DNA of 62,344 bases, from the NCBI GenBank assembly GCA_030609135.1, contig JAUWCU010000004.1, positions 1 through 62,344 of the forward strand, given 5' to 3'. This stretch comes from Candidatus Stahliibacteriota bacterium. Lineage in GTDB: Bacteria > Hydrothermota > Tepidihabitantia > SM23-42. Positions within the stretch are counted from its first letter, which is position 1. Every line of letters begins with the position of its first letter. Positions 32,372-41,977 of the stretch are shown piece by piece. The notes beneath the pieces are model-generated. The model saw only the letters and a list, made by a program, of their open reading frames with translations, had not been told where the DNA came from and ran no database searches. A program made the position numbers and the translations under genes.

Positions 32372-32452
32372 GGAGTGCAGTAGCTTGTTGGAGTGTAACG
32401 AAAATCCCGTTCTATCGGGGCTACTGCATGCAACGGCAAGCCGTTGCACTCC
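32372..32452. repeat. 81-nt GGAGTGCA...TGCACTCC nested-palindrome element
   Basis: The reverse complement is 81/81 identical to 42403-42483. It ends 0 nt from the stop codon of the 32453-33454 gene. Confidence 0.85.
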
Positions 32453-33454
32453 CTAATAGAGTTTCACCACCTTCACCAGTATATCGCTATTTTTATCCGT
32501 TATAAAGTACACCCCTGGTGCTAATGCATTACCAGCAGAGTCTTTACCATCCCAGGAGATAGAAGCAGGAAACAAAAGACCAGAAGCAAGATTAAAGACC
32601 TTTACTGTTCTTCCGCTTACATCATAGATTCTCAATTTTCTGCACTCTACACTACCTGTCCTGTAGGATGAATTTTCTATCCTATCGAGATGCGCTTTGC
32701 CAAAACTGATAACAGTTTTGTATCTGAAAGGATTCGGAGCAACAGAAAAAGTAGCTTCACGATCAATATCGTGCTCGGCAATGGATGCGCCTTCAGCTTG
32801 GACAATTACGTTATCACATTTTGTCGAAGTTGTATCTGACATATTGAAAACGTAGATGCCAAAGTATCCAGAAGATACACTGTCATTTATAATCGGACAG
32901 TCAGGCAACATTTGCTCATCATAGTATGCCCAGATCGAATCAGCAACCACCTTTAATTTGAATTTGTGCCATGATGATGAAGAAGGAACACCACCAGGGA
33001 TTTCTGAAGATGTCCAGTCTCTCAAAACAACTGGATATCCCTGATATCCAATGAGCCCAAGCCTAATCCGTGCACTATTATCAAAGTCAGATACAAGACG
33101 GTAAAGGTATCGGGTTGACGGATCCATTCTGATCGCAATACCATTGTAAGGACCAGCGGCGGTAGTGACAAGCGTATATACCCACGCCTCAATTGAATAA
33201 TCTACCAGACTACTTGCACCCGCATAGGTCAACCCAGCAACCCCCATATACTCATTTGAGATCCTACCTGCCCAGGAGTCTCCTCCAGGGGTTGTCGGAT
33301 CATTGATAACACCCATACTGTCGCCAATCCCAAGACTGTCAGTAAACCAGGGACCCCAGTCAAGCTGCATATTACCATCAGTAAAGTATTCTTCGTACAA
33401 AACCTGGCTAAAGAGTAAGCTGCAAGCAAGCATTAAACCAATTAAATACTTCAT
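32453..33454 (-). CDS. secreted protein (possible concanavalin/LamG-like domain) with a T9SS C-terminal sorting domain
   Basis: Signal peptide MKYLIGLMLACSLLFSQ. C-terminal domain VAPNPFRYKTVISF...LRIYDVSGRTVKVF...PGVYFITDKNSDILVKVVKLY. SD AAGGAGG. The lectin-fold assignment is a weak guess. Confidence 0.65.
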   Translation of the reverse strand: MKYLIGLMLACSLLFSQVLYEEYFTDGNMQLDWGPWFTDSLGIGDSMGVINDPTTPGGDSWAGRISNEYMGVAGLTYAGASSLVDYSIEAWVYTLVTTAAGPYNGIAIRMDPSTRYLYRLVSDFDNSARIRLGLIGYQGYPVVLRDWTSSEIPGGVPSSSSWHKFKLKVVADSIWAYYDEQMLPDCPIINDSVSSGYFGIYVFNMSDTTSTKCDNVIVQAEGASIAEHDIDREATFSVAPNPFRYKTVISFGKAHLDRIENSSYRTGSVECRKLRIYDVSGRTVKVFNLASGLLFPASISWDGKDSAGNALAPGVYFITDKNSDILVKVVKLY

Positions 33455-33518
33455 AAAACCTCCTTTTTTTTCTCAGCCAAAGGCTGAGACATGGATTGTG
33501 AGAGAACCTTGCCTGGCT

Positions 33519-33578
33519 CGATTATCGCGGGCAGCCCGCCCCGCTTCGCAAGGCGAGGCCGGGGAAGCCCGCTCCCAC
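33519..33578. repeat. second copy of the CGATTATCGCGGG...CCCGCTCCCAC module
   Basis: Termini match the reverse complement of 5103-5132. The interior is a GC-rich imperfect palindrome. Confidence 0.5.
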
Positions 33579-33714
33579 AGATATTGATAGGCTCGTATTT
33601 CATATCTTCTGATTTGGCATTTGGAATTAGGATTTGATTTGACATTATTATCCCTTTTTCCTATCTTCCCAACTTCTTAACTTCAAAACTTCCTTTTTCT
33701 CCTTGTCCCTTTGT

Positions 33715-34572
33715 CTATTCTTCCGGTCTTTCCGGCACGGTCCTGATGCCACGCTTTGAACCTGGCGTATTGTCGAATTCTTCAATAATATAGAACAGTA
33801 ATAAGGGAAAGACACGCGGGAATTTGCCGTGCATGTATTCATGGGCGAGATTAACAAACTCGAGAAGCTTTTTTTCTGAAGGAAGTGCCGACTTGTCTTC
33901 AGGATGAACAATCCGAACAATCGTCCTCAACTCGAATGACGGAATATCAAGAAAAACCATGGTTGCGACAGGGTTATCCATTACATTCAAAAAGGTATGC
34001 GTTTCAAAGGTCGGTGTGCTGTACAATTCGAGTGATGTCTGCTTGCGCCAGTCAAAGAAATCCGGATTCTCGTAAAAAGATTTGAGTACATCCATCTTCT
34101 CCGGCATCGGGCTCTCATACGTCTGGTTAAGCTTGCTTATTGCCTTATCGATGTTCTCGTCCTTGGGTGTTAATCCAATACCCTTTATGGCGTTATTCAC
34201 GGTGAATTTTGAATCAAGACGGCCAAGTCCGTATGTAGCAACTGCACCAGAGTGCGGGCCACCCCACCCTGGCATTTTCCCGGTTTTTATCCGGTCCAGG
34301 AATGCCAAACGTTGCTCAGCATTCCATTTAATAAAGGCATCACTTGCCTTTCTTATTTTGAATTCTTGCCAGGCATCATCGATTTTCGCCTTTATTATAC
34401 CATTTTTATAACCTGACATATCGACCGTATTCTGGATGAACTTTTTATCTTTCCAGAAATCCTTTTTTGAATGTTCTAGCTTTCCAGCCCACAACATCTT
34501 TGGGATATTACCCAAAAAAGCAACCAGCGGTGCTGTAAATCCAACTGTCTTTAAAAAACTCCTCCTATTCAT
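33715..34572 (-). CDS. Tat-signal hypothetical protein of unknown function
   Basis: Start at the internal Met with SD AAGGAGG. N-terminus MNRRSFLKTVGFTAPLVAF matches the twin-arginine consensus (S/T)RRxFLK. I recognise no family. Confidence 0.6.
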   Translation of the reverse strand: MNRRSFLKTVGFTAPLVAFLGNIPKMLWAGKLEHSKKDFWKDKKFIQNTVDMSGYKNGIIKAKIDDAWQEFKIRKASDAFIKWNAEQRLAFLDRIKTGKMPGWGGPHSGAVATYGLGRLDSKFTVNNAIKGIGLTPKDENIDKAISKLNQTYESPMPEKMDVLKSFYENPDFFDWRKQTSLELYSTPTFETHTFLNVMDNPVATMVFLDIPSFELRTIVRIVHPEDKSALPSEKKLLEFVNLAHEYMHGKFPRVFPLLLFYIIEEFDNTPGSKRGIRTVPERPEE

Positions 34573-34715
34573 GAAACCTCCTTGATAAAAAGGGCTCAAG
34601 AAGACTGATAAAGGGCATAAGAGGCCATTAAGGGCTGCAATATCCCACTGTTTTGTCCATTATAGCCTTTTACTGCCATCTTAAGCCATCTTCTGCCTTT
34701 ATAGCCATCTTCTTT

Positions 34716-35858
34716 TCAGAATCCGACCGTCAGGGTAAATCGGTGTGTAGGATCCAGCACATCCATGTCAACATAGGCATAGTCAACATAGATATCACGC
34801 CTGGCAATACTCGCCTTGACTCCAGCACCAGCCGTAAATTTTTGCGTATCATAGTTTACCTTATAGCCACCCCTTAAGAAAAGCATATTGAATATACCGT
34901 ATTCAACACCAATCTGCAGTTTTTCCTCGCCGTCATTCGGATGAATACCATCAATAGCAACCAGTAACTGGTAGTTGTCATTAAGGAAAAATGCCTCTTC
35001 TTTGTCCATGATGTAAAAGGCGAGCCCTAATTTGAAAGCCATGGGTAAAGGAAAAGATTCGGTTGTCAATCTTGCTTCAACGTCTGCATTTCCCTGGTAC
35101 TCTGGCCAGGGATCTGTCTGGATGATTAGATCGTTCCCTGACAACTGCATCCTGCCACCATAATTTACCAGACACATACCGAGCCTCATACCTTTAAGCG
35201 GAGTTCTTAATAGTGAACCGATGTCCAATGCCAACGTTGCAGCACTTTCATTATAAAGTGACTGTTGTATGTATTTTGCAGAAAAGCCGATTGAAAGTCG
35301 GTCAGACAAAAGTGCCGAGGTCGTAAAAGCGAGCAAACCGTCGATATATTTAAAGTACTGACCAGTCCCTTCTGGAACTTCTACAGTGGTGACCTCCATA
35401 TCACTGGACGAGAGGAAGGTACCCCAGAGACAGAAGTTGACTCTTTTCGTGGGAAGTATTAAGGCAGCATACTCATAGTTCAAACCGGCGAACCACTCGG
35501 TATGTCCACCTGAAACATATAGGTTCTGTAGTTCTGCAATACCTGCGGGGTTATAGTAGACGCCTGATGGATCATTGGCAAGGGCGACAAAAGAACCGCC
35601 CATGGCAACTGCTCGTCCACCAAACTCGATTTTCAAAAAAGGTGCGGCAGTCGTACCCACCTTATTAAAAGCAAAACTTGAGGTAACACAAATCAGGCAA
35701 AGAAGAACTGAAGAAATAAGGAGTGACCGCACTCGTGCGGTCAATGACACCACAAGTGGTGTCACTCCTGCTGGTGTTTTACATTTCGCAAGACTACCCA
35801 TTACAATGCGTAACAGGTCAAGAAAGCCTTGCCCTACTTCTAATTTTGGTCTTATCAT
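34716..35858 (-). CDS. PorV/PorQ-like outer-membrane beta-barrel protein (T9SS-associated family)
   Basis: GTTAAPFLKIEFGGRAVAMGGSFVALANDPSGVYYNPAGIA matches the conserved PorV/LptO N-terminal motif. Alternating beta-strand pattern and terminal F. The exact start is uncertain because there is a hydrophobic signal-like segment about 40 aa in. Confidence 0.7.
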   Translation of the reverse strand: MIRPKLEVGQGFLDLLRIVMGSLAKCKTPAGVTPLVVSLTARVRSLLISSVLLCLICVTSSFAFNKVGTTAAPFLKIEFGGRAVAMGGSFVALANDPSGVYYNPAGIAELQNLYVSGGHTEWFAGLNYEYAALILPTKRVNFCLWGTFLSSSDMEVTTVEVPEGTGQYFKYIDGLLAFTTSALLSDRLSIGFSAKYIQQSLYNESAATLALDIGSLLRTPLKGMRLGMCLVNYGGRMQLSGNDLIIQTDPWPEYQGNADVEARLTTESFPLPMAFKLGLAFYIMDKEEAFFLNDNYQLLVAIDGIHPNDGEEKLQIGVEYGIFNMLFLRGGYKVNYDTQKFTAGAGVKASIARRDIYVDYAYVDMDVLDPTHRFTLTVGF

Positions 35859-35870
35859 ATCATCTACTCC

Positions 35871-38588
35871 CTATTTGATTATGACAAACTTACCTTTTGC
35901 CTTGGTCTGAGCATCAGCATTAACCACAAAAACATATAAGCCATAGGCAACCTCAAGTCCATATTTGGTTCGCAGATCCCAGTATTCATAACTAAGATTA
36001 TTGCTGTGTTGTATCGTTCTAATGTGTTCACCAGCAATATTGTATATCTGTATCTCGCATTGCTGGGGTAAATTTGCAAACATCAGTCTTCGGTCATATG
36101 GTGTGCTTTCATATTTGGAATGCAACATATATGGATTAGGTACAACGCGGACCGTGGATAAATCAATCCGGTTCGCGTCAATGGAAAATGGGACTATCGT
36201 GAATTCATACTTGACGCTGGAAGAAAAAGGCTTATAGGTCAGAATCGTAAATTCATCACCTTCAGATGGTGGGGTTTGTGTAGCTGGACCATTCTGAGTT
36301 GCAAAGTATACGGCATCACCACTTTCGTTCCAACAGCCGATTTGATCAACAAAACCATATTCCTGACCCGTAGGATCAGGGTTATAACCAGCACCGCCGG
36401 GTATTAAATCCCAACCCTCTGGACCAAACAGGGGGTTGCCAGGAAAAGCATAGGCAAAATCAAGAAGCCAGGTCGAATCACTTACATCAACCGGGTTTGC
36501 AGAATCGGTGATATCATATACCCGAATCGGTATCTGAATCGGCGGGTGTGTACCACCAAATCCGTCTTCAACCTGCGCAGTTGCCGGGTTGGCGTGGTCA
36601 ACTACAATACGGAAATCAGATACGCCAGAGATATAGGTATAAATGGGGCCCATTGAACCAACATAACCAGTCCACCAGTCAAATGTACAGGTATCGCCAG
36701 TGACCCTTGTCCATTCCATGAATTTCACGCCACTTCCGCTGTTCAATAAGGTCAATCGTAAACCGTCGATTGCCGGGATATTATCAAGGGATGAATCAGA
36801 GAGTTCTTGATAAACGAATAAGGATTCGCCGGTAGTCACACAAAAAAGATTAAAGGTTATTGAATCCACCCATACGGTATCATCATAAAATGAATCATTG
36901 AACGTTATTTCATAAGCATAAGCCTGGAGTTGATCTGGGTCGAGGATACTCACCATGGCTAATCCCTCACACGGGCTAGTGGTCGACTGCAAAGTATCGC
37001 CGTTCTGTACATAGGCTGGGTTGTAACCTGAGGGCTTTTGAGCCGGGATTACTGATACAATATTGGCAGCGGTCGGTCTTCCCCTGGGATTTTCATATGA
37101 AGGCTCTAAAGAATCTGGATGTTGATTACCCTGATCATATGCTGCTACACAATACCAGTATTCTATGCCGTTATACACCGCAGAATCGGTTAGAACATGC
37201 TTCAAACCAGTTTCATTACCTAAAGATTGATACGGAAATGCCGGGTCAGTACCAAAAATAGAATCTTTTAGATCAAACTGGGCGAGTGGGACATAACCGA
37301 CCACCTCACCTTTGTCATTGGTGATCTCCTTACCCCATGTCTTACCCTGGTCTTCACTTCGGTATATCTTGTAACCTTCAAAATCTTGTTTGCAAGTCAT
37401 TATGTCGACTGAAGACTCGGTCGGCTGGGGATCCCAGTAAAGCGTTGCGCTCTTTTCACCGGGTATGCCGTAAACAATAGGCGGTGAAGGCGGTCCACTG
37501 CCCAAAAAGTAATTGTCCGCCATAGTCAAAGCCATGGACAAGTTCTCAAAGAGGTCAGCTGAGTCCTCACCGCAAATGACCACCGCAGTCATTTGTAAGG
37601 TATCAGCCAATGTTATAGATAACGGTCCACAAGAAACAATGTAGTTGTAGGCACTCGTTGACTCAGGTGGTAATGCCTGAACAAGTGAAGGATCATCAAT
37701 ATTGATGTTATTACCGTGGAAATACAGTGATGAATCAATATTCGGGTCGGTTGGATCAGAAATGATTATTGGGTAGAACCTGAAATCCTCACTCGGTTCA
37801 TCCTGTTTCTTATAATAATGAAAATTCGTTATCTGTTGATTTAAGAAACCTACGCCAATATAGCCGACTGATTCCCACGGTTCCTGAGGTATACCATCAG
37901 CATCCCAGTAATAAACAAAAGTAACACTCGAATCACGGTATAAGCCTATATAGTCCTGCATATCATAATCGCAGCGGAAATTACCCCGGAAACCAAGATA
38001 CATACTATCGAGCGCGGTACTCCCAGTTGTATAGATGTGAAAATTGTAGAAGATGAAATCCTGAGCATATATCCGTCCGTACGAATAAGTAGACTGATCT
38101 ACTTGTAGACCAAAAACACCCTGGTCATTGAAAATGCAGAAAAGATCCTGGTCTGAAGTAAACTCGCCCTCAACCTCCAGTCCGGTGGCTGGATCACGAC
38201 GATAAGGTCCGGGCCAAAACGGCTCACCTGCCTGCCGGGGCCAGGTATCGACATTGTCCGAGGTCGCCATAATAGGCGTGCCGTCTGGCGTTGTCTCTTC
38301 ACCTGAGTAGAGCGTGCCAAAGGAACCTTCAAGAGGTGCCCACTCAGGCGCTGCCAGGTTCACAAATGACTCAACGACATTATAATCACGCGCCGCGATC
38401 ATACCAAATCCAGGGCAGTACTGATGTTGGAAAGGTGCTGAATTGGGCCAATGAAACGATGGTGTGAAGTAATGGAGGTTCGCGATTAACCCGAAATTTG
38501 AGGTTACGTCAGACAATTCGCCCTTATCTGAAATACCCACTGCCTTATCGACCTCAGGATAAAATATCAAACATAGTATCAATATCAT
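35871..38588 (-). CDS. 905-aa secreted protein with an FN3-like segment and a T9SS-type C-terminal domain
   Basis: FN3-like SATLYWDPQP...FEGYKIYRSEDQGKTWG. C-terminus VVPNPY...CEIQIYNIAGEHIRTI...YGLYVFVVNADAQTKAKGKFVIIK. GGAG SD. Starts 13 nt after the receptor gene. Confidence 0.7.
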   Translation of the reverse strand: MILILCLIFYPEVDKAVGISDKGELSDVTSNFGLIANLHYFTPSFHWPNSAPFQHQYCPGFGMIAARDYNVVESFVNLAAPEWAPLEGSFGTLYSGEETTPDGTPIMATSDNVDTWPRQAGEPFWPGPYRRDPATGLEVEGEFTSDQDLFCIFNDQGVFGLQVDQSTYSYGRIYAQDFIFYNFHIYTTGSTALDSMYLGFRGNFRCDYDMQDYIGLYRDSSVTFVYYWDADGIPQEPWESVGYIGVGFLNQQITNFHYYKKQDEPSEDFRFYPIIISDPTDPNIDSSLYFHGNNINIDDPSLVQALPPESTSAYNYIVSCGPLSITLADTLQMTAVVICGEDSADLFENLSMALTMADNYFLGSGPPSPPIVYGIPGEKSATLYWDPQPTESSVDIMTCKQDFEGYKIYRSEDQGKTWGKEITNDKGEVVGYVPLAQFDLKDSIFGTDPAFPYQSLGNETGLKHVLTDSAVYNGIEYWYCVAAYDQGNQHPDSLEPSYENPRGRPTAANIVSVIPAQKPSGYNPAYVQNGDTLQSTTSPCEGLAMVSILDPDQLQAYAYEITFNDSFYDDTVWVDSITFNLFCVTTGESLFVYQELSDSSLDNIPAIDGLRLTLLNSGSGVKFMEWTRVTGDTCTFDWWTGYVGSMGPIYTYISGVSDFRIVVDHANPATAQVEDGFGGTHPPIQIPIRVYDITDSANPVDVSDSTWLLDFAYAFPGNPLFGPEGWDLIPGGAGYNPDPTGQEYGFVDQIGCWNESGDAVYFATQNGPATQTPPSEGDEFTILTYKPFSSSVKYEFTIVPFSIDANRIDLSTVRVVPNPYMLHSKYESTPYDRRLMFANLPQQCEIQIYNIAGEHIRTIQHSNNLSYEYWDLRTKYGLEVAYGLYVFVVNADAQTKAKGKFVIIK

Positions 38589-38601
38589 GCTAACTCCTTT
38601 A

Positions 38602-41115
38602 TCAGAATCCTACACTCATACCTGCTTTAATTATTCTTCGCGCACCAACGTATGCAGGATTCATAATATAGTCTTGTGATCCCATTAAACCACCAGCCGC
38701 TTCACCTGTATTCCAGGGTTCGCCGCTGCGCGAGTAGACATAACGGGGATTGAGGTAATCTGTAATATTATTACCTTTGACAAAAAAATCAACCGTCGTC
38801 TTGCCAATGTTGAAACCTTGATGGATCATCACATCAAACGAGTATTCCCACGCCATGCGCGCTGAATTCTCTTCGACAACGACACCTTCGCTTATGTAAG
38901 GTGTATAAGGCAACCCGCTTGCCGCTTTGAAATTGAGCCCCATAGCACCCAGCTTGGTGAATGCGATATTCAAAATACCAGTAACAGTATGGCGGCGGTC
39001 AAAGTCCAAATAGTATTCTTTCATCCTCTCAGGTAAACCAGTATAAACATCATAAAAACCTTGCATAGCAAATGAACGGTTACCGCGCGCGATTTGATAA
39101 GTATAATTGATATTGAACCCGAATCTGGAAACCAGTTTTCTTTTTATAGTTACATCAAACCCTTGTACTGAACCGAAATCTTCATTGGTGTAAATAATGT
39201 AATCATACGGGAAATCACGTACTTGGGTGGTGGCTAGCAAGTTCTTGATGTCTTTTAAGAAAAGGGTGACATCGATACCGTAAATATTCTTTATTGCATA
39301 TTTCATACCAACTTCATAAGTAGTAGTCCGCTGCGGTTTGATCCGTGGATTACCGACTAACCCATAACGAGGGATACTCTCAGGATTTGCTATGTAGTCC
39401 GCGTTGAAATACATGATCTCATAAGGTGGTGTCTGGAAAAAGTGACCATAGGCAAAATGGAGCATTGCATTGTCAGTAATTGGATGAGATAAACCAAGAC
39501 GCGGCGATAATTGATAACTCGGGTCAACATCATAAACCGGCGATGTCGGATCCTCAATATCCTCCCACATCACAGCATTCGGGTAATAGTAATCAAAGCG
39601 CAGACCCGCATTGACCACCAGATAATTGTGTTCAATCTTATCCTGCAAGAATACCGCACCATCGGAAGGTTCTCTTGTATATTCTTGATAGACAATCGGA
39701 CCACGCGTGAACAGTTGCTGACGTTTATCTAAGTTGAACCTGTAGAAGTTGCTCACAATACCAAATTTCACATTATGAATTTTGGCTGCTTGAAGCGTGA
39801 TGTCAGCTTTTAACACGTATTTTTGGGTTGTGATCTCCTGCTGGAATATTGGATAGCCTGAAACATAAAACTCTGAGTAGTTGTCATATACCGGTTCAAT
39901 AACCGTATCAGCGACCGCGTCTGAAGATTTTGTCTCGATACTATCGACGATATAGCCGAAGCGCAAATTATAGAAAAGATTATTGCGCAGTATATGATTT
40001 ATCCCACCAATAACCCTTATGGACCGTTTATAATTGATGAGGTAGTTATCATACAAATACTTATACCGATGGCTATAGTTTTGTGTTTCACCATATGAAT
40101 AATGAACATCAACAAAAGCCTTGAATTTTGAACCAAAGCGACGCGTCAGTTTGCCACTTGCTCCATAACCATTTTCATAACCGAAAGGAAGATACGATTC
40201 CTGGTTGAAATAATTCGTACTTGCATAAAAACGCGTCCCCTTGTCAAATGGTATCGGTCCAGTGAGGTGCGCATTGATCTCACCCTGAAAAGCGATATCC
40301 AATTGCTGTAGCTCGTACAGGGAATTGCCTAATGAATCGCGGTGGGTGTCAGTTGCTGAATCCGGATCTATCCAATCAGCTTTGCGATACGGGGACGGGT
40401 TAACTGCAAAGGAAGTGTATTCAAAGTGCGAAGATAACCTTGGACTCCCTTCAGGTGTAACAACATTAACGACGCCGCTCATCACATTCCCATACTCAGC
40501 ATTGAACGTACCGGAAAGGAGTGACATTTCAGAGATGATGTTCTTGTCAAAATCAGGAGCACTGCCCAGTAAAGGATTGGATACTTCTATGCCATCGATA
40601 TAATAGGCAAGTTCTCCAGTTCGACCACCGCGGATGTGCAGGTCACCTCCGGCATCGGTTGTCACACCGCCTTGAAGAGCAAGAACCTCAGTGGGCTTGG
40701 TTACCGGCAAAAGGTCAATTTCATCGCGCGTTATCCGTGTTTCTTTTGAGGTCATGTCGATCTCAATAACCGGTTCCTCAGCCACCACAACAATCGGATT
40801 ATCGATTTCAATCAAACCGATGGTTAATAGAAAATCCAGATATGTTGTCCGATCAGCATAGACTTTAACATCCCTTTTTATCTCAATGCGATAACCGATC
40901 ATGTGTGCCTCAACTTCGTATTTACCGGGCGGTACATTAAGAATAAAAAAGTTACCATCGACACCAGAGGCACCGCCATAGAGAAGTGAGGGAATGTAGA
41001 CATCTACGCCGTACAGGGGATCACCAGTCTCAGCATCGATAACACGACCACTGATCTTCCCGACCGTACCACCACACAGAAAAAACGGCAGCAATAATAA
41101 AAGTACTTTCCTCAT
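38602..41115 (-). CDS. TonB-dependent receptor with an N-terminal carboxypeptidase-regulatory-like domain
   Basis: GKISGRVIDAETGDPLYGVDVYI...DGNFFILNVPPGKYEV, plug region LQGGVTTDAGGDLHIRGGRTGELAYYIDGIEV, and a long beta-barrel ending in F. Confidence 0.85.
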   Translation of the reverse strand: MRKVLLLLLPFFLCGGTVGKISGRVIDAETGDPLYGVDVYIPSLLYGGASGVDGNFFILNVPPGKYEVEAHMIGYRIEIKRDVKVYADRTTYLDFLLTIGLIEIDNPIVVVAEEPVIEIDMTSKETRITRDEIDLLPVTKPTEVLALQGGVTTDAGGDLHIRGGRTGELAYYIDGIEVSNPLLGSAPDFDKNIISEMSLLSGTFNAEYGNVMSGVVNVVTPEGSPRLSSHFEYTSFAVNPSPYRKADWIDPDSATDTHRDSLGNSLYELQQLDIAFQGEINAHLTGPIPFDKGTRFYASTNYFNQESYLPFGYENGYGASGKLTRRFGSKFKAFVDVHYSYGETQNYSHRYKYLYDNYLINYKRSIRVIGGINHILRNNLFYNLRFGYIVDSIETKSSDAVADTVIEPVYDNYSEFYVSGYPIFQQEITTQKYVLKADITLQAAKIHNVKFGIVSNFYRFNLDKRQQLFTRGPIVYQEYTREPSDGAVFLQDKIEHNYLVVNAGLRFDYYYPNAVMWEDIEDPTSPVYDVDPSYQLSPRLGLSHPITDNAMLHFAYGHFFQTPPYEIMYFNADYIANPESIPRYGLVGNPRIKPQRTTTYEVGMKYAIKNIYGIDVTLFLKDIKNLLATTQVRDFPYDYIIYTNEDFGSVQGFDVTIKRKLVSRFGFNINYTYQIARGNRSFAMQGFYDVYTGLPERMKEYYLDFDRRHTVTGILNIAFTKLGAMGLNFKAASGLPYTPYISEGVVVEENSARMAWEYSFDVMIHQGFNIGKTTVDFFVKGNNITDYLNPRYVYSRSGEPWNTGEAAGGLMGSQDYIMNPAYVGARRIIKAGMSVGF

Positions 41116-41262
41116 AATTGTATTATTCTCCTTTTGTAAATTACCGAACCAAGGGATAGTAAACCCCGTAGGAAAAGATTCACTTTTTCATTACCTTTCC
41201 TGTCATAAAAGGCGAGGTTTTTCAACCGGGTAAATTAAGTAGAAAATGCAGATTTTACTGTT

Positions 41263-41559
41263 TTACTCGGCTTTCGTGCGTTTGTTTATCTCGCTCTTAA
41301 ATATCTTCGAGGGTCGGAAAAAGGGCACATATCGATCAGGTAATGTGTATTCCTTGCCGCTTTTTGGCGCTCGGGCAGTCCGACCGGGACGTTTCCTCAA
41401 CTCAAAGGTTCCGAACCTCCTTAACTCAACCCTTTTGTCTTTTATTAACACTTCAAAGATTGTATCCAAAAATGCGTCTATCAGTTTTTCTATATCTGCC
41501 TTGGTAAAGGCCGGTCCGAATTTCTCACCTATCTTCTCAACTAATAGCTCTCTCCTCAT
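41263..41559 (-). CDS. HU/IHF-family DNA-binding protein
   Basis: LIDAFLDTIFEVLIKDKRVELRRFGTFELRKRPGRTARAPKSGKEYTLPDRYVPFFRPSK. 4-nt ATGA overlap with the upstream zinc-ribbon gene. Confidence 0.85.
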   Translation of the reverse strand: MRRELLVEKIGEKFGPAFTKADIEKLIDAFLDTIFEVLIKDKRVELRRFGTFELRKRPGRTARAPKSGKEYTLPDRYVPFFRPSKIFKSEINKRTKAE

Positions 41560-41795
41560 TTTGCCTCCTTCTCATGAGAACATCCTGCACAAGAAATCAC
41601 TGAACAACCTGCACATGACGAACCGATATTACTTGAAAACTTACCACTACTGCGAAAACCGAATGTCGAACACAAACGCCTTAAATCTTTACTCTTACAC
41701 CGCGGATACGCTAGAGCGTCCTTTTCTCGATTATTTAGGATCAAATCCTCGAATATATTCTGACATTCATTGCAAGAGAATTCCAAGATTGGCAT
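41556..41795 (-). CDS. FmdB-family (CxxC_CxxC_SSSS) zinc-ribbon protein
   Basis: MPILEFSCNECQNIFE...CPRCKSKD and a Cys/Ser/Gly-rich tail. Confidence 0.75.
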   Translation of the reverse strand: MPILEFSCNECQNIFEDLILNNREKDALAYPRCKSKDLRRLCSTFGFRSSGKFSSNIGSSCAGCSVISCAGCSHEKEAK

Positions 41796-41804
41796 ATCAC
41801 TGTG

Positions 41805-41832
41805 ATTATAACTATTATCAATGGACTGTCAA
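41805..41832 (-). promoter_or_regulatory. consensus sigma70-type promoter abutting the zinc-ribbon/IHF operon
   Basis: TTGACA (41832-41827), N16, TATAAT (41810-41805), then 9 nt with no SD to ATG 41795. Confidence 0.6.
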
Positions 41833-41977
41833 TATTTCATTGAAAACGTTTAGCGCGTTTAATTCGTTATTATCGTTTAGATCATTTATCTGAGTTGTCT
41901 TCAGCCAAAGGCGTGTCTTCAGCGTAGCGTATCCCCCCAGTCTCCTTGTCTCCTTAGTCTTCTTGTCTTCTGTTACA

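Noticed and set aside
33471-33489. The hairpin TCTCAGCC-aaa-GGCTGAGA as an intrinsic terminator.
   Set aside because: On the minus strand it is followed by an A-run, and on the plus strand it is preceded rather than followed by the T-run. It lies about 230 nt from the nearest upstream stop. It is probably just another palindromic module.
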